A DNA stretch of 64,000 bases from the human T2T-CHM13v2.0 reference genome, Homo sapiens (GCF_009914755.1 NC_060931.1), one strand, 5' to 3'; positions 1-15,769 are shown, numbered from the stretch's first letter. Numbers and translations: made by a program. Notes: generated by a model not told the origin, from the letters alone.

Positions 1-937
1 CATATCCTAGCACAGGCAGCGCCTTCCAATTCTTTTCCTGCCTTCCTATAACTGAGTATGTGTGTCCTTAACATTTTTAAAGGAACTGTAGGCCAGCAAG
101 GTGCTCTTTGCTAGAATTAAGGTCCATGTTCTCCTTGTACCCCCATTTCCTGTTTCTTCATTTGCCGTTGGCTTTTATCTGGTTTTCATTAACTCAGGGA
201 CTTACATATCCATTCATTAGTTGGCATCTTCTAGCCTGACACCGTGACTGATCTTGGATTTGCTTCTTGATTCTTCCTTTGTCTCTTGGATCCAATATAA
301 CTATGTGTCTTTGGAACTAACTCCACACATTTTTCTGTTTTTAGTCTTGCTACATCCTGCTCTAAGGCGAGTGGGTTATAGGTATATCCAGCAATACCAT
401 TCTAGAAAAGACAATCTTTAATAATAGAGGCTCTAATGCCAAATCCCATGCATCTTTTAGTAACGAACAGAAATAACTTCTACATCCTTCAAGTTTAAAA
501 ATATTCATAGCAGATTCTCAGAATTTTAATGGTTACTCAGATTTGAGCTCTGTGGCATAAATTGTCCAGCTAGTCTGTAGGAGCAAGGCAGGTTATTGCA
601 TCTGGAACTATAGCAAGACAACAAAATCGATTATTCTAGATGTAATCTGAATACTTCTATAATGTTCATTAAAGATGTACTTTAATTATGAATACAAAAG
701 TTAACATTAATTTGCAAACATTGCAATAAGTTACATACAGTTGATGTGTTAATACAAACTACTAAAACAAGTTATTGAAAAATTCTCTGGGAATTCATGA
801 AATGATCTTTGTTCTAGATCAAAATATACTTGTTTATCCTAGATGCATGAAATGTGGTGATGATGGGATAAATCTGATTCCAAAGCCCACACATTAAAAC
901 TAGCCTCCCTGTTTTAGTCATATATCAAATATGTCCA

Positions 938-1150
938 GTAGTGGATACTTTTGAGGCTCCCCCCAGAGGCTCTGGATCTCCTTTACTGGGTATAAACACC
1001 CGTTGCTCAGCTCCTTTACTCATAGTTTTGCCACTAACAGCTGTTACCAGCAGCCCTCTTCCAAGACTATCTTTGGGCTACAAATTGCTTTACCCAGCAG
1101 CTGGGAGGCAGGGTTGCTGGAAGTGCCTGGGAGGCTACCCTTCTCAGGTA
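938..1150 (+). mobile_element. LTR16-like (ERVL) LTR fragment
   Basis: TAGTGGATAC...GGATCTCCTTTACTGGG...CCCTCTTCCAAGA resembles the recalled LTR16 5' half; heavily diverged. Confidence 0.4.
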
Positions 1151-2153
1151 AAAGGAGAGATTAATTCTGCAGATGAGTACCATAGACACAACATTAACAT
1201 GAGTCTAAGAAGCACATCTCTCACATTTTTACATGTTTTAACTGGGATGCAACTTATAATCGACTTGTTCTACTTCAAGTGGTAGTTTACTTTGTACACA
1301 CAATAAGGATATGTCTGATGTTTGATGGTGAGTTAGAGTCAATGAAATTAGGGACTAGAAAAGAGTGAACAAAAACTGTTTGAAAATAATCATGAAGAGG
1401 TTTAGGAAAAAACTAACATTTAAACTGGTAATATGTGGAAGTGTCAGGCAACCCATCCTATCGTTTTGCAAGTATGCTATCTGGAAATTAAGGCCAATCG
1501 TAGTTTAGGTAAAAGTTAAAGGAAGAGAGCAACATTTAACAGGGATCCTACTGTGTGTCCAGCACTGAAGTAGGTTCTCTGCCTCCAGCAACTTTTTCAT
1601 TTCATAATAAATTTTTGGGCCAGGAGGTGACATAATCACAAGGAAATTTTTTGAAGAAGATCCAGGCCCAAATCAGATGCTTGAGAATCACTGCACTGAT
1701 TGGCATCAAGATGGTTTTACAACCATCTGCTTTTGATGACTTCTATTTTCCCAGCAGCCAAACCCCTATTCTAGGCAGGAAAATCATTAGCTATAGAGGA
1801 GGCAGATCTGGGTTCTCATCCTCATTCAGTCATTGGGAAACCAGTGGTCACCAAGAATTGGACTCTACAAATTTGGCTTCTTATATACATCCTTTCCAGG
1901 ACCAGGAATGGCCTGAAGTGGGAGAGAACCTGCAGTTTGGAAGTAGAGAGATGCAATAATAGGTAGTCAGGCAGAACATCTTTGGGGTCTTTAATCTGTT
2001 CATCACAATATAAAGTGCTGTCTTCATTAAATCTAGTATTTGAGAGATTTTTTCTATCAAATAATGTTTAATCATAACAGTCCATTTCATTCATCTATAA
2101 CTGTCAAATGGAGCTACTGGGCAGCAAAAAATAGCTAAGAGTACCACTTTGAA

Positions 2154-2701
<548 letters not shown>

Positions 2702-3394
2702 TCAGCTCAAAATTTAAGGGTACTGTAGGTCCAGCTAAAAACAAAGAGACTTGCTCTTTTTAATCATCTGTGCAGCTATAATAAGGGCACATGTATGATG
2801 CGTCCTTTAGTCTATTTAGTCTATTATACTTTGTTATATAAACAGAATATATAAAAATCTTTCTATAAATTGTTCTCTATGATTATGTACTAGTGAGAAA
2901 ATAAACATGTTGTTTTAGTATATCAAGCTGCAAATATTACTATGCTAACTTTCAAAATGAATGATTTAAAATAGACTATACTGATCTGAATCACTTTTTA
3001 TGTACAATATTAAATCAGGAATCAAATCACAGCTGGGGACCTAAATGTATATTTATAAGAGATATTCTTCTCTGCTCCTGGGATTTTCATTCTGAAATAC
3101 CTTTAGTAGAAAAGCAAAGCACATAATAGTAGTTGAACTTTTCTGTAATGTGTTTCTGGAGATTAGGTCATTATGCGGGTTTTAAAAGACATGTTACAAG
3201 CATCAGATATTGTGTTTCCATTACATGGGGACTCAATAAGTACTTAAATGAAACCAAAAATACTTTTCATCGACTAACGAAAAGAAGAGCAATGCAATAA
3301 AAATATGCTAGCTAAAGACAGTTTAGTTGTGTGTGAAATCATGGATTCACCCAGTCCTTAAAATCAGAAAAAAAAAATGAAATGTTTTAATTGT

Positions 3395-3545
3395 GAGCCT
3401 TCTGCTTAATAGCTTCTGTGGCTGAAAAAAATCCCTGAGACTCAAGTTTCCTTATGGGTAAAACAGGGATACTAATACTTACACTTTGGTATTAACTAAA
3501 GAGAGCACTAAAGACAAAGCTCTTAGTACAGTATAGCAGTACACT
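3395..3545 (+). mobile_element. MIR SINE fragment
   Basis: CCTGAGACTCAAGTTTCCTTATGGGTAAAACAGGGATACTAATAC matches the MIR core. Confidence 0.55.
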
Positions 3546-3864
3546 GTAGTTTCCTCTTCTTTCACCTGGACTCTCCTGACATCTCTCTGATCACCCCACT
3601 TACATATACAGATAGCTCAGGAATTGACAGAAAGGAGTAGAAGAAGTTGGGTAGTACAGCAGGTTTGAGCAGAAAACAGACTAGAGTTTCTATGTAAAAT
3701 TTTTAGGCTATTGATTTGAAAATCAGACTTCCCCAGATAGTTTCCAGATACTAGAGTTAGCTATGAATGAATTTTAATCATTTAGAGACCCCTTATGTGA
3801 TAGCAGTTTTTATAAAACTATGCTGAAGGAACAGTAAGGGTAGATAAATTAAAACAAGTTTCAA

Positions 3865-4017
3865 TGGCACATGCCTGTAGTCCCACTTACTCAAGAGGCT
3901 GAGGCAGGAGGATCACTTGAGCCCGTGAATTAGCGGCTGCAGTGACTGTAATGGAGCCACTGCACTCTAGCCTAGACAACAGAGTGAGACCCCTTCTCTA
4001 AAAAAAAAAAAAAAAAA
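3865..4017 (+). mobile_element. Alu right monomer (AluJ/FRAM)
   Basis: GCCTGTAGTCCC...GGAGGATCACTTGAGCCC...GTGAGACCCC followed by poly-A. Confidence 0.9.
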
Positions 4018-4149
4018 CCTCAAAAGAAGAATATGTTCTGAGATATATTTTCTGAGATGGAACAACATAATTTAAAAGGGGTTATATATACATAGGAATT
4101 TTTCTTCTGATATATTTTAAACTCTCAACATTTGATTGAGTTTGACAAA

Positions 4150-4480
4150 CTATATTGGGAACCTATTAGGTGTCAGGCTCCACACACAGTACTTCAGATC
4201 CCAAGGCAGATAAGATGTGCTTGCTGGTCTCAAATAAGTCTCCGTGGAATTTAGAATATTTGTGGGTAGGAGGTAGTGGGATGGGTGAAAGCCTAGGGGA
4301 GGGGCACCCACTATGCACCAAAATAGCTAAATATTCAATGACATTAATGCAATTATAATATAATTCCAGTATAGGGTCACAAGCAGATAAGTGAGCTATT
4401 TAATTCTACCTGGGGCAGAAGAAGCCTCTAGGGAGGTGACAGGTTCTGGGATTCTAAAGAAAATGTATATATAGACCCAG
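4150..4480 (-). mobile_element. L2 LINE 3' fragment
   Basis: TATTGGGAACCTATTAGGTGTCAGGC...GATAAGATGTG resembles an antisense L2 3' end; very diverged. Confidence 0.35.
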
Positions 4481-7430
4481 GTAGGAAACATATAGTGGTT
4501 GAGGACTAAACCCAATCTGAGGAAAGATGAAGAGATTTTCTGCAAAAAGCAAAACAGACTGCTGAATTATGACAGAAATTGAGAGACCACATTCTAGCAT
4601 AATGGTTTTATTTTTTTTCCTCTCATCATATTTTTACACACATACTCACTCATACATATTCTTCAGGAGTTTGAAAATTGTTTCTCAGTCTTGCTTTTCA
4701 CATTAGGAAAAAATGTAGAGTAACTGGATCCAAATGTTCTGTCATTCTGTTACACAGAAAGAAGGAATTCACTTTACAAGAAAACAATTTGATGCTTTGT
4801 TTACATTTATGTGAATATTCACCTTCAAGTGGGCCTCACTTACACAGGCAGGGAGGTTCTGCAAGATAATTGGTAATAGGCGCCCTAATATTTATATTTA
4901 GTAGGTATTCTGTGGATGGTGCTCCTTCTCATCTATCTCTGGGGCATCTGCTTTCTAGAATTCTTTATGGTGTCCTTGTTAATCCATCCTGAATTCAAAT
5001 GAACCAAGCAAAACACAACATTTAAAGTGAACAAATGTGTTTAATTGCTTCATTCTGAGAAACAAGGGAACCAAGAAAGGCCAAATCAATTGTGTTACAC
5101 TAAACCAACAAAGACTTCTTTGCAAGAAACCCTTGTTGTTATATCAATATTTATTGCTTACTTTTCATTAGAAGCTACGCGCAAAGTTGCAGCCCTCTCC
5201 AGAGTGAGAAATGTTGAGACACCTACAAAGCAAATTGCCTTGCTTTTGGCTTGTCTGTCGGTTGTTATTTTTTAAACCATCTATCCATGCCCCTTCCCAT
5301 CACCATGCCTAACATAGCACTTCTTGTGAAGATCTCTTGGTGGTTAAACAATTCACAATTATTAAATGTGACTTTCTAGAAGTTGCAGTCACCTGGATAA
5401 ACGGGCTTTTGCTGCTGGAGGTTGGTAGGGTAAGGAGGGTGGTGAGTGTTTGAACAGAGTATTGTGGAATAAATAGTTGAGCCTGCTGTGGCATTCTGCC
5501 ACAGGTCCTCCCAGATCCCGTCTTCTTTTGCTGGAATTCCCTGGCTCCCCTCCAGTTCACCCAACTTATCAAACAGATTGTTTGGCAAAGGATAGAAAGA
5601 GGTAGAAAATAAAGTGAAATTGAAGATTTGGGCAGACACACTCCTGTTTCTATGTAGAATCTCCTAGGCTGTTGATTTGAAGGTCTTAGTACTCCAGGTA
5701 CTTTACATATCTTTGGGTTAAATATGTATACGTTGTCATTTTAATTGCCAAAGTTACTTGAACTTCTACATAACACAGCCACATTTTAAGGGACTTTAAA
5801 AAAGAACATGTCAGTTTTGCTCCTAATGGATAAGTGCATACCACAAGTGCAACACCACCTGATGGCTTCTCTTTCTTTTTTTAAGTGAAGTAGGACTTGG
5901 CTAGATAGTAACTGATTCTAGTCCATGAGACATGCATCCATCCCCATTAACCTGTAATCTATGATTGCAGTTTCTCTATTTAGTTTGACAAATGAATCTT
6001 CCAAACAATGACCAGCTCTTTTGGGGAATGTGAAGCTAATGATGCTCCTTCTTTTACAGAACTAGTTTGACATTCCAATTGTGCTTTAAAAGAAACATAC
6101 GTTTTTAAGCTTTTTACTGCATAGAATTAGCATTCTTTTTAACTTTTTGACTATTCATGGACATAATGAACAAGCTGTTCTATTTGTTGACTGTGGATAT
6201 CCTGTAGCTTCTAGGCTGCACATTTCGATATGCAATAGAGTTGTAATAAAATATGAGCAAGGCAATAAAACAGGAAATATTGTAATATATTTTTGCAATG
6301 AAGGCTTTGAATGCAGAAAGTTCGCAGATCTCTTCATTACAGTTCCAGTGGATAGTTTATTTCTCAGCTTTCATTAAAAGAAAAAAAAGTTGTGGATGTG
6401 TGATTCTGCTGAATAAAGCTGGATATAAATGAAGTATCTGCAACACAATCGTAGGAAACATATTTTTTGTTTTGCTAGTACTTGCTTATGTTACTCATAT
6501 GAATAATATGATTGATTTTTACTTTATCTCCAACTGGCAGTATAGTCATAAATCTATCTGTGAGTTACCAAGTGCAGGATAAAATGTTATTTTTCCTCAG
6601 TGTGGTCTCATTTGATTACAATTGCAGCCTTGCCTGGCTGCATTCCATCCATAATTAATCGTCTCTTTGGTTTCCAGTTGCAGCGAGGCCAGGGCTGTAA
6701 CCGTTCACATCTTTAGACGATGGTCTACTACGCCAGCTGGCAAGTGAATGGAGACCTTTCACACTGAGTCTAATGGACGCAGAAGGCTGAGGCTTTGTCA
6801 GGGCAGCTCTTTAAATGACATCGTGGCAGTAAAGGTCCAACTTGCTGTGGCTGACAGTCTCTTTGGCACCTCACCCTTCTGAGTAAACACCATATGCAGA
6901 GAGGTTTCATTTTGCCAATTTATTTTAGTGCCTTTCATTCCATGATAGAAAGTATTCTCAGTGGTGATAGGAAAATGAATTCCTTTAAGGCTTTACCTCA
7001 GGGGCCGGATCACTCTCTCTTTCCTGTGTATTGTGTTATAAAATCCCATTAGCATTAGTGACTGTCATTTTGTCATAATATAGATATTTGTTTCCTATCA
7101 TATTATTTATTACTTGGGCATATGGTTGCACATTACTCCCAGGGAAAGAATGTGAAATATAGCAGGCAAAAAAGTTAGATTAAGTATCCACCCACGTCTA
7201 ACACTGAGATTTATTTTTGAGCAAGAGGGCATGTTACTACTCAATTATTGGTACAAAGACATATTAGATGTAATTTTAAATAGATGTATTTAGTACTTAT
7301 TTTGCTCTCTGTAGTGCTACTTTAAAAACAGCAAACTACATGGGTTCGTATCATTTGGTATAAATTATGATAGAATCTTATAAAGTGTCAGAACTCCAGT
7401 CCATTTGTGATTGTTCAAAAAATATTTAAG

Positions 7431-8335
7431 CCAGATTCTCAAACTCAAATATCTTTGGGAGCCATGCAGGTTACTCTGAGGGAAGTGGGTCAAGTACAAT
7501 GATTTCGAGAGACCAAGGATAACATTAAGGAAGCAGTCATAAAAAGGGCAGCTCTAGCAGATTATTGGCATGTGGGGAAAATGAAGAAGCTAAGGAAAGT
7601 GGGTCTGTTACAGGAAAGGGGTCCCCAGTCCAGATCCCAGGAGAGGGTTCTTGGTCACGCACAAGAAAGAATTCAGGGCAAGTCCATGGAGTAAAGTGAA
7701 AGCAAGTTTATTAAGAAAGTAGAGGAATAAGAGAATGGCTACTCCATTGACAGAACAGCCCCGAAAACCGCTGGTTGCCCATTTTTATGGTTATTTCTTG
7801 ATTATTTGCTAAACAAGGGGTGGATTATTCATGCCTCCCCTTTTTAGACCATATAGGGTAACTTCCTGATGTTGCCACGGCATTGGTAAACTGTCATGGC
7901 GCTGGTGGCAGTGTAGCAGTGAGGGCGACCAGAGGTCACTCTTGTCACCATCTTGGTTTTAGTGGGTTTTAGCTAGCTTCTTTACTGGAACTGGTTTTAT
8001 CAGCAAGGTCTTTATGACCTGTATCTTGTGCTGACCTCATATCTCATCCTGTGACTTAGAATACCTTAACTGTCTGCGAATGCAGCCCTGTTGGTCTCAG
8101 CCTCATTTTACCCAGCTCCTGTTCAAGATGGAATTGCTCTGGTTTACACACCCCTGACAGGTTTAGCAATGGCACCAGAAATGATCCTTCTTTTGTCAAA
8201 ATAAGCCAGATATCTAGATTTTTATCTGACACCCCTTGTTTTTAAATGTTAAAAACTGCAAAATGTTCAATTAAAAAAACATTTTTAAAAAGTTGCTATG
8301 TTTAAAGAGGGCTGGACCTGCAAGCTGACTTTGCA
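7431..8335 (+). mobile_element. MER102-like hAT-Charlie relic, split by the MER41A LTR
   Basis: CAAACTCAAATATCTTTGGGAGCCATGCAGGT and CTCTAGCAGATTATTGGCATGTGGG on the left; AAGCCAGATATCTAGATTTTTATCTGA...TTTTTAAATGTT on the right. Confidence 0.55.
7606..8159 (-). mobile_element. MER41A solo LTR (ERV1)
   Basis: 554 bp, TG...CA termini; the minus strand reads TGTCAGGGG...AACCAGAGCAATTCCATCTTGAA like the MER41 consensus; 4-bp TSD GGTC/GGTT. Confidence 0.9.
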
Positions 8336-8377
8336 TTGTACCAAAAGTCTTAGAATAAGACATTAAAAATGAGCTTC

Positions 8378-10552
8378 CCATTCCCCTTGAGAACTATGAC
8401 AAGACAAGGATGCCTGCTCTTGTCATTCTTATTTAACATAGTTCTGAAAGTGCTAGACAGAGCAATCAGGCAAGAGAAAGAAATAAAAGGCATTCAAACA
8501 GGAAAATAAGTCAAAATATCTCTCTTCATTGACAATATAATTTTATACGTGGAAAACCCTAGATTCTACCAAAAAGCTCTTTGAATTGATAAACAACTTC
8601 AGTCAAGTTTCAGGATACAAAATAAATCTAGAAAAATCAGTCGCATTTCTATATACCAATAACGTTCAAGCTGAGAGCCAAATCAAGAATGTATTCTCAT
8701 TTACGATAGACACTCAAATACACACGCAGACACACACACACACACACACACACACAGATACCTAAGAATACATCTAACCAAGGAGGTGAAAGATCTCTCC
8801 TCAAGGAGAAATACAAAACACTGCTGAAGAAATCAGAGATGACATAAACAAATGGAAAACATCCTATGTTTATGGTTTGGAAGAATCAATATCGCTAAAA
8901 TGGTCACACTGCCCAAAGGAATTTATCAATTCGATGATATTCCTATCAAACTACTAATGTCATTTTTTTTACAGAATTAGAATAAAACCATTCTAAAACT
9001 TGTATGGAACCAAAAAAGAGCCCAAGTAGCATCCTAAACATAAAGGACAGAGCCAGAGGCATCACATTACCTGACTTCAAACTATACTATAAGGCTACAG
9101 TAACCCAAACAGCATGGTACTGATACAAAAACAGATGCATAGACCAATGGGACAGAATAGAGAACCCAGAAATAAAGCTGCACACCTTCAGCTACCTGAT
9201 CTTCAACAAAATCAACAAAAATAAGCAATGAGAAAAAGACTTCTTATTCAATAAGTGGTGCTGGGATAGCTGGCTAGCCATATGCAGAAGAATGAAACTG
9301 GACTCCTTCCTTACACCATATACAAAAAGTAACTCAAAATGGATTAAATATTTAAATGTAAGACCTCAAACTATAATAATCCTAGAAGAAAACCTTGGAA
9401 ACACCATTCTGGACATTGGTTTTGGCAATAATTTATGACTAAGTCTTCAAAAGCAACTGCAACAAAAACAAAAATTGACAAGAAGGACCTAATTAAACTC
9501 AAGAGCTTCTGCTCAGCAAGAGAAACTATTATATCAACAGAGTAAACAGACAACCTAGAGAATAAGAGAAAGTACTCACAAACTATACATCTGACAAAAG
9601 TCTAATATCCAGAATCTTTAAGGAACTTAAGCAACTGAACAAGCAAAAAACAAATGACCCTATTAAAAAGTGGGCAACAGACATGAACAGATATTTCTCA
9701 AAAGGACACACAAGCAGTCAACAAACATATGAAAAATTGCTCCACATCATTAATCACCAGAGAAATGCAAATCAAAACCACGACGAGATACCATCTCACA
9801 CTAGTCGGAATGACTATTATTAAAAAGTCAAAAAATAACAGATGTTCGTGAGGCTATTGAGAGAAGGGAACACTTATGCATATTTGGTGGCAATGTAAAT
9901 TAATTCAACTTCTATGGAAAGCGGTTTGGAGATTTCTCAATGAATTTAAAGCAGAACTACCATTTGACGCAGTAATCTCATTACTGGGTATATATCCAAA
10001 AGAAAAAAAAATTATTCTACCAAAAAAAAAAAAAAAACCCACTTACACTCATATGTTCATTGCAACACTACTCACAATAGCAAATACATGGGATCAACCT
10101 AGGTGCCTATCAATATAGTGGATCAGATAAAGAAAATGTGACACATATACACCATGCAATATTTTGCAGCCATAAAATAGAATGAAATCATGTCCTTTGC
10201 AGCAAGCAATATGGATGCAGCTGGAGGCCATTATCCTAAGTGAATTAATGCAGGAATGGAAAACCAAATATTTATATTCTCACTTATAAGTGAGAGATGA
10301 ACATTGGGTATTCATGGACATAAAAATGACAACTATAGACACTGGACACTAAAAGAGAGGAGGGTGGGACCAGGGTAAGTGTTGAAAAACTAACTGTTGT
10401 TTTCTATGCTCACAATCTGGGAGACGGGATCATTCATATTCCAAACCTCAGCATCACACAATATACTCATGTAATGGACCTGCACATGTACCCCCTTAAT
10501 CTAAAACAAAAGTTGAAATTACATTAAAAAAGAAAACACATACACAAAAAAT
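8378..10552 (+). mobile_element. 5'-truncated L1 (L1PA15/16-like): decayed ORF2 RT/C-terminal region plus 3' UTR
   Basis: ORF2 homology from CCCCTTGAGAAC..GACAAGACAAGGATGCC onward; 3' UTR CCAAACCTCAGCATCACACAATATAC; possible TSD AAAATGAGCTTC/AAAATGTACTTC; many stops and frameshifts. Confidence 0.93.
8731..8756. repeat. (CA)13 microsatellite inside the L1
   Basis: Read directly. Confidence 0.95.
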
Positions 10553-12664
10553 AAAATGTACTTCTTCCTTTAATAAATTTATCAAGAGTATTTCACCTTG
10601 ATGTAGAAATGTAAAAATAAAACTGATAAAAATAATACCAATCCAATTAAGCAAATCAGTGTGTCCATGTCTATAAAATCCTCCCTACACAACTGTCATC
10701 AGAGAGTATATGTTTTATCAGTTACAGCGAAAGTATGATAGGTGAGTCTGGAGGGCAGATCAATTGCATTGCTTTGATAAGCTGTATCGTTTTCTTGAAT
10801 GTCCTTCCCACCCACTTTGCAGCCACTGCCATCTACCGTAAAATAATCAAAAATGAAATTTCCTTGTTGTATTGTCTAAGTTTATGCTTCCACATACCCT
10901 GCTTTTTATTTTATGATACTAAAAATAGAATTTGAAGATCAGCAGAAAACATGATGTTATTAATTCAACAATGTATTTTGCAATGTAATCACTGTAAAAC
11001 TTAGATTTGGAATCTAACATATATACTGGTTTAACCCATGATTATGGGGAAAGTTCTAAGCAAATTTTGAGGGAGAGATAATGTAGAAAGATGGTGTATG
11101 AAAATTCAAGGAATATGAGACTTTAGAGCTTTTATTTATTTATTTTTAAAAAGAGATATAGCAAATGAAGACATAAGTTCAGAAGTTAATATTCTAGGCA
11201 GAAAAAAGAAGGAAATAAAGAAAATAAATATAGTAAAAACTTGACAATCTTGGGTGAACACAAAATAAAATATGTCTTTATTTTTTTAAACCAAATTAAA
11301 TTCGATGCTAAGCTCTTGTTCATCAGGGCTGCAGGGAAGTTACTGGGGCTGCTGTTTTCCCTGGGCTTTAGCAAAGATCCAGGGGTCTAACATACAGTGA
11401 GGAACTCATTGATGTTCTTCTGGTTTTCAGCACCAGATGATGTTCTTCTGGTCTCAGCTTTCTCTGAGATACTTTGATTCCAGCCCCTCATGAACCCTTG
11501 AAAACAGCCAACTCCATGGCATCCTGTTCATTCCTGTACACAAAAATGTTGCTCCAGGGCTGGGAGGCCTAGGGCTGTGGTCCAGCTTTCCCAGGTTACC
11601 ATGCAGCCATTGCCTCTGAATTCCTCTCTCCCAGCACAATATCATCAATGAGCCAAGGTTTATTTTAAAAGAAGGTATACTGTCTTCATCCACTGAGATT
11701 ATATTCTTGCCCAGTTATCTTCTTGGAAGAGGCACAGGAAAAAAATATCTAGAGTGAAATGCAAATCTTAACAATAAAAATGAAGCAAAAATAAAAATAA
11801 ATATCCTAATAAAGCTTATTGGCTCATAGAATTTTGAAATATCTCAGTAGAAACAAAACAGAACTATCTAGGAGCAGAAGAAAGGAAGCAATGGTGGGAT
11901 GGGGAAGAAGCAACAAAGAAGAGAAAGTATATGTCATTATGGAAAATAATGGAGGGAAGGATATAGATAGGGAAAAGATAGGGAAGTTTTAACTGAATTT
12001 TATAAAGAAACATAAAGTTTTATCTTACCTACCTTAATGTAATTTGTTTTCCCCACAGCAATTATAGTACAGAAAAATGATAATTCCAAAATATTTAAGT
12101 AATTATAAATTTCTAATCTTACAGAGCTCTTTTAAAATTACTTTCATTTGCACATCACAATACAGTTTAGAGTAGATATATTAGCCAGAAAACAATTTCT
12201 CCATTCAAGAATTTGATGCATCTATAAGTTTTTTTTATTATTAGAAGTATTACCTTACTATTGCAAATGTTGATATCATAGTAGACAGGCAAACAAGTGA
12301 TCTTAATGCTGGTCTAAAAGAGAAACTAAAATATATTTTTAAAAGGTATTAAAAATATCTAAAAGACATTATCATGGAGGCCACATGTATATATTTAGAG
12401 GATGAATATGAGGCATAATATTTTGGTCTATAGTTTGGGTTTTAGTTTCCATTATATAGGGACTAAAAGTAATGTATTATGAAAGATTGGAAAGAAATGA
12501 AAAATAGATGCCCTTGAAAACTGTTAGATGACTCAGCAAGACGCCTCAGTGATGATGGAAGATGCACATGAATGATGTAGAAGAGAAACATGAAGAATTG
12601 AGCACAATTGCTTCATGAAATCTAAGAGTACGAAAAAGCAATATTTCAAACTCTTTTCTTTTAA

Positions 12665-12992
<328 letters not shown>

Positions 12993-15769
12993 TAAAAATG
13001 TAATTTTAAATATATGTGTGTAACTAAATTGATATATTAAGTATTATAAGTAGGGTTTTGACTCTTCTAAAATTTTATTTACTTTTTAAGCTTATTTTGG
13101 AGCAAAATTAAATAAGATTTTTTGGGTATGGGTTTTCTTGCATTCACACATCTAAACTAATTGGAATTAGAAGTTCATGTGCACCTGAAAACCTGAATAC
13201 AGTGGAACCTCAGAGAATTCAAAATTTAAAGCAGGAGTTCTTAAATGAGAAAGTATTAGGGAATCTGTTAATTCCCTGTAACATATGTGAAACATGACTT
13301 GAACACCTATGCATATGTGCATGTTTTCTGGTGTGAAGAGACTACATAGCTCTTTCTCAAAAGTATCTCAACCCTTAAGTTAATCAAGAGACAGTGCTCC
13401 AAACATTGTAAGTTGAGGGGTATGGTCGCCAGACTTCCTGCAGGGGCAAGAGAAAAGTGGGGATAGAATGTGCTTGAATGCTAATGTGGCCACAGATTGT
13501 ATCTCCACCAAAAGCAAAGAGTCTAAAGAAATATTCAAAGAGCTAATCTGGAAAGATATTGAAATACATATTGGAGAAAATCAGTGAGAACTAGTTACAA
13601 AAATTTCTAAGAAATGGTGGCTGTTGCAATGAGGTAAGTAGCTGCATTCCTGGTGTTTTGTTCAGAACAGAGCACTTGCTATAAGAACCATGAAGAATCC
13701 TCGAAATAAGAAACAGTAAGCTTTTCTAGGTTGTGGTTGTGTGTAAGGGTGTCAAGCAAGTGACTGGAAGTTCAACCAGGACTGCAGCCCCAGAAGAGGC
13801 CTTGCCTTTCATCAGAGACGGATGCCAATTAGGTAGACTAGGTGTAGGTGCCATGGACACATTCCAGGCTCAGATTGGTACATCCTGCTTGTCTGAATTG
13901 TAATTAACTCAAGAACTAGGCAAGATAAAGCTTGTAGCTAAACAAGACTGAAGAAAGGCATGGAACTGGTTAATGTATGGTTCTGTAGACCAAAGCCTTG
14001 AACTCCAATCAATTAGCTGATGACATGATGACTCTAGGTTATACTTGTTTATAAGAAGCAGAGATTTTCTTATTGCCCTAATTATACTTCATTTTGCTTG
14101 TTGATGTCTTGGCCTTGCTGTTTACTTGTGATGAATAGATAAAATAAATAAACCTGGGTATCATTGACATGTACTTTTTTATTACTTAAGAAGATAATTT
14201 CAGACCACTAGAATAAATGATGAATCCAAATGCCAGTGCATCTTTAGGCTATCATTATATTCTATATTGTGTAACTATCCACTTTCTTTTACAGGAAAAA
14301 GCAAATATTACAAATTAATATAGATAACAAGCAACTAATTCCATCATCAAATCCTTATAATCACTGAATATTTGGGTTTGAAAGTAAATATAAAAAGATA
14401 AGCTTTACTGAGATACAATGATGCAAAAGTATTACTATAGTTAATGGGAAAAAATATTGAATTATTTGACTATCCTACTGGAAATTTCCCTTGAGAAATG
14501 GCTTAATGGTCATAAAATTACTTCTGTTAGGCCGTAAATAGTTCATTTTCCTAATTAAAAATGCATGTATGAACTAGAGAGTATCACAATTTATAGCTAT
14601 ATCTGGCCACAGTTTCTCAGAAATGTATTTAACATAGTCATTTTTCATGCCTTATTTTTTCCCCCTGTACTTTGAGATTAAATCTCCAAAAATTCTCTGA
14701 GAGTCATGTTAATACTGGCTTTCATTTTTGAGTGAAGAAAAGGAGGAAGCCAACATTGTTTCTTATAAATTTGATTTAAATAGTTAAGCAGCCAGTTAAG
14801 AGATTCCAGATTCACTGGGATCTCATCTATGATGTGTATTTTATTTACAGGGTAGGAAATTTCATTTTCCTATGCTTAACGTCTGAAATACTATTATTAC
14901 ATGAAGGTATGCTATATTTCATAAATGGTTTCTGTTTTCTAATGCTGCATGAGATTTCTATTTTTTTTTCTTATCTCTTTTTGAGTTGAGGATACTGAAC
15001 AAAAAATCTACGCTGGGTTCTGTTTAAATTATTAGATCACTGAAATTCTCAGAAACATTAACCTGAAATACAGTAATTCAAATAAACATTAGATACTAAA
15101 GGAGAACGTTTCTTTAAAGCATAATGTGGTAAGTGGCAACCACAAATGGTTTAGAGTGTAAGCATGCATACTTTTACCGGGGTGTGTATGAATTCTGAGC
15201 TTGTCTCTAATTTATTAATAAGAAAACACTTTACATGGGTGGGTGTGCACAAAGGAAATGACGTAGAAGGAGGAATGACAAGATGTTGCTTCAGGATATC
15301 TGCTAGTAATATAGTGTCAAGAATGGCTTGATGATAAAAATAAAATGGCTTGAGGAAAACAATCCTTGTTTTCCCTGTATCATTAAAGTCATGAATCACT
15401 GGGCTCATTAGAGCAAAGAAGCTATTGTAAGAATCTAGAAGGAAAAGAGTTGGAGGAGTTTAAAAGAAAAGCAAAAGAAACAAGAGGAAAAAAAGGCAAT
15501 GGAAGGTTTCGGGAGGGAGAAGAGTAGTAAATTGCCTCTAGTTCTGGTTCCTGGAAGAGAAGCAGGACCCATAGTGGCAGGCACTTTTGAAGAGTAGCCC
15601 AGACTCTTTAAGAAGTAAATTTCACAATGGACAGTGAGAGGCAGGATACTGTTTTAGGCTGGGGGTATTTGAAGATTCATAATGGCCATTCGCATTACAT
15701 AAAATTTGATTAAGATATTTTTGTGATAATTAGGAAAATGTAATAATGGCTTAGAATGTTGGATAATGT

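Noticed and set aside
7606-8159. MER41 as an interferon-gamma/STAT1 enhancer
   Set aside because: Length and sequence fit MER41A, which lacks the tandem GAS sites of MER41B; I saw no TTCNNNGAA in this copy
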